Source: Dehalococcoidia bacterium (lineage in GTDB: Bacteria > Chloroflexota > Dehalococcoidia > Lucifugimonadales > UBA3495). Taken from it: a stretch of DNA of 64,000 nt. The stretch is from contig OZ241860.1 in the NCBI GenBank assembly GCA_965203195.1, positions 642,334-706,333 on the forward strand, read 5' to 3'. Both the position numbers and the translations under genes were made by a program. Numbering within the stretch: position 1 is the stretch's first letter; each line of letters opens with the position of its first letter. Positions 62,814-64,000 of this stretch are shown here, one piece after another. The notes beneath the pieces were generated by a model that saw nothing but the letters and a program-made list of their open reading frames with translations, did not search any database and was not told the origin of the DNA.

Positions 62814-64000
62814 ATGCCCGGCCAGCCCACCGGCGGACTCCACGAACAAAACGCCAACACCATCATCGCCCAGTGGCTGAACAACACCGGGCGCCAGTGG
62901 CACGCCCTCGGGGAGCGCACGCGCACCATCATCGGCAGCAACGACCGCCCCGACATCGTCATCGCCGAGGGCGGACGGATGCCGGTCATCGTGGAATGCG
63001 AGTACGACGACAAGCCCAGCCCGGCCGTCGCCGACGCCCAAAAGCGGCTGGGCAAAACGCTGGTGAACGAAACCCGGCCCTTCACCGAAATCATCGCCGT
63101 GGGCATCGCCGCCGCTTGCAAGCACGACAGCGAGGCACAGTTCCGCCAACGGCTGGACGACAACGAGCCCATCCTGACCGTCCAACTGGTTTCCCAGGCC
63201 GGCGACAACACGGTCAAGGTCTGGCCCAACCGGCCCCTGCCGGCCACTCCCAACGACCTGGCCGCCTACTGCGAATACGCGCAGGTGCCGCAGTCGGTCA
63301 TTGACCAGGAAAGCGCCAGCGTGGCCCGGCAGATTGACGCCGCCGGCCAGAAACTGCTGGACGGCATTGCGCTAACCAGCGCCGCCGGCGCCACCCTGGC
63401 CGCCCTGCGCCAGCTCACCGGCTGCGACCACGACGCATCGGCCACCCGCACCGCCGCCGCCATCTGGCTCATCGCCATTGACCTGCAAAACGACCTGGCC
63501 CAGTACAGCGCCGACCTGCGCGCCCGCAACCTGAAAGCCACCGGCGAACTGAAAGACACCGCCCTGCTCAACCGCCTGACCCGCGACGACCTGCTGGCCC
63601 AATGGCGCATCATCGCCGTCGTCAACTACCTGCCCGTCATTGAGCTGGCCATCGACACCCTGTCCGCCGGCGCTATGGGCGACGGCTTGTCCGATGTGCT
63701 GGAACATCTGCACGCCCTCAGCGTCCAGCTCAACGCCCTGCACGCCAAGCACATCTACAACTTCGCCGGCGAACTCTGGCAGCGCATTGTCCCCGACCGG
63801 GAGGAACGCGCCGCCCACTACACCCAGCCCGAAATCGCCGAGCTGCTGTCGGCATTAGCCGCCGACCGCTTTGCCGGCCGGACGGCGCCACAGCTGGCCG
63901 AACTGAAAATTATGGACGCCGCCAGCGGCACCGGCACCCTGATCGGCGCCGGCGAGCGCGCCCTCCGCCGCCAGTACCTGGCCCGGGGCGGCAACGAGCC
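62814..64000 (+). CDS. N6-adenine DNA methyltransferase with N-terminal nuclease-like region (type IIG / BREX-PglX-like), 3'-truncated by the window edge
   Basis: I translated this frame by hand from the ATG at 62814 (AGGAG RBS). It has no stop codon through position 64000, so it is absent from the ORF track. N-terminal segment RPDIVIAEGGRMPVIVECEY, then AAHYTQPEIAELL and the AdoMet motif I-like IMDAASGTGTL. Confidence 0.6.
   Translation, partial: MPGQPTGGLHEQNANTIIAQWLNNTGRQWHALGERTRTIIGSNDRPDIVIAEGGRMPVIVECEYDDKPSPAVADAQKRLGKTLVNETRPFTEIIAVGIAAACKHDSEAQFRQRLDDNEPILTVQLVSQAGDNTVKVWPNRPLPATPNDLAAYCEYAQVPQSVIDQESASVARQIDAAGQKLLDGIALTSAAGATLAALRQLTGCDHDASATRTAAAIWLIAIDLQNDLAQYSADLRARNLKATGELKDTALLNRLTRDDLLAQWRIIAVVNYLPVIELAIDTLSAGAMGDGLSDVLEHLHALSVQLNALHAKHIYNFAGELWQRIVPDREERAAHYTQPEIAELLSALAADRFAGRTAPQLAELKIMDAASGTGTLIGAGERALRRQYLARGGNE

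Noticed and set aside
1-64000. tRNA, rRNA, CRISPR arrays, transposases, integrases, reverse transcriptases
   Set aside because: I scanned intergenic regions longer than 150 nt (about 8.75-9.07, 17.8-18.16, 30.3-30.68, 32.9-33.14, 38.0-38.33, 55.28-55.86, 62.37-62.81 kb). I looked for T-loop GGTTCGAATCC-like motifs and regular repeat-spacer patterns, and scanned ORF translations for DDE, tyrosine/serine recombinase and YxDD motifs. None was found. The accessory cassettes therefore lack visible mobility genes in this window.

Overview
High-GC bacterial chromosomal segment, roughly two-thirds G+C by eye. I recognised no rRNA, tRNA, CRISPR array, transposase or integrase. The gene content suggests a Chloroflexota-like monoderm; this is inference only. 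It rests on five Uma2/DUF820 nuclease genes or relics, a bifunctional FBP aldolase/phosphatase, a split methionine synthase, three LLM-class oxidoreductase paralogues, a translin-family gene and Pro/Thr-rich surface proteins. About 65 protein-coding genes are supportable.

Housekeeping genes: tmk-ppx, SDR, metH plus a stand-alone MetH reactivation domain, two class I/II aminotransferases, fbp, queA, crotonase, HIT, thiE, Ldh_2, and rho-tal-pyrG.

Visibly lower-GC accessory cassettes interrupt this backbone:
- (a) A GIY-YIG/DUF5678 fusion, a retropepsin-like protease and a DUF2283-like gene sit between metH and its reactivation-domain gene.
- (b) A defence-type island at about 30.6-40.1 kb holds a nuclease-fold + TPR pair, an unknown 285-aa protein + 4-TM protein pair, a small 3-TM protein, a Type I R-M system with fused M-S subunit, a methyltransferase relic, and ImmA/IrrE + DUF4411.
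- (c) A four-gene cassette at 41.9-45.9 kb encodes a 661-aa protein with a tubulin/FtsZ-like glycine loop, a translationally coupled bitopic membrane protein, and two PaREP1/HEPN-like proteins. I rank this the best candidate for an undescribed system.
- (d) Two inverted AAA-ATPase + DUF4276 pairs flank an LLM oxidoreductase.

Other notable points:
- A peroxiredoxin-like gene has an in-frame TGA exactly at the catalytic Cys position, followed by a SECIS-like hairpin (candidate selenoprotein).
- Tandem lipoprotein paralogues share near-identical repeat modules.
- A consensus promoter drives a long repeat-bearing leader upstream of pyrG.
- A nuclease-methyltransferase gene runs off the 3' end of the window.

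All family calls come from motif recognition by eye; no database search was run.
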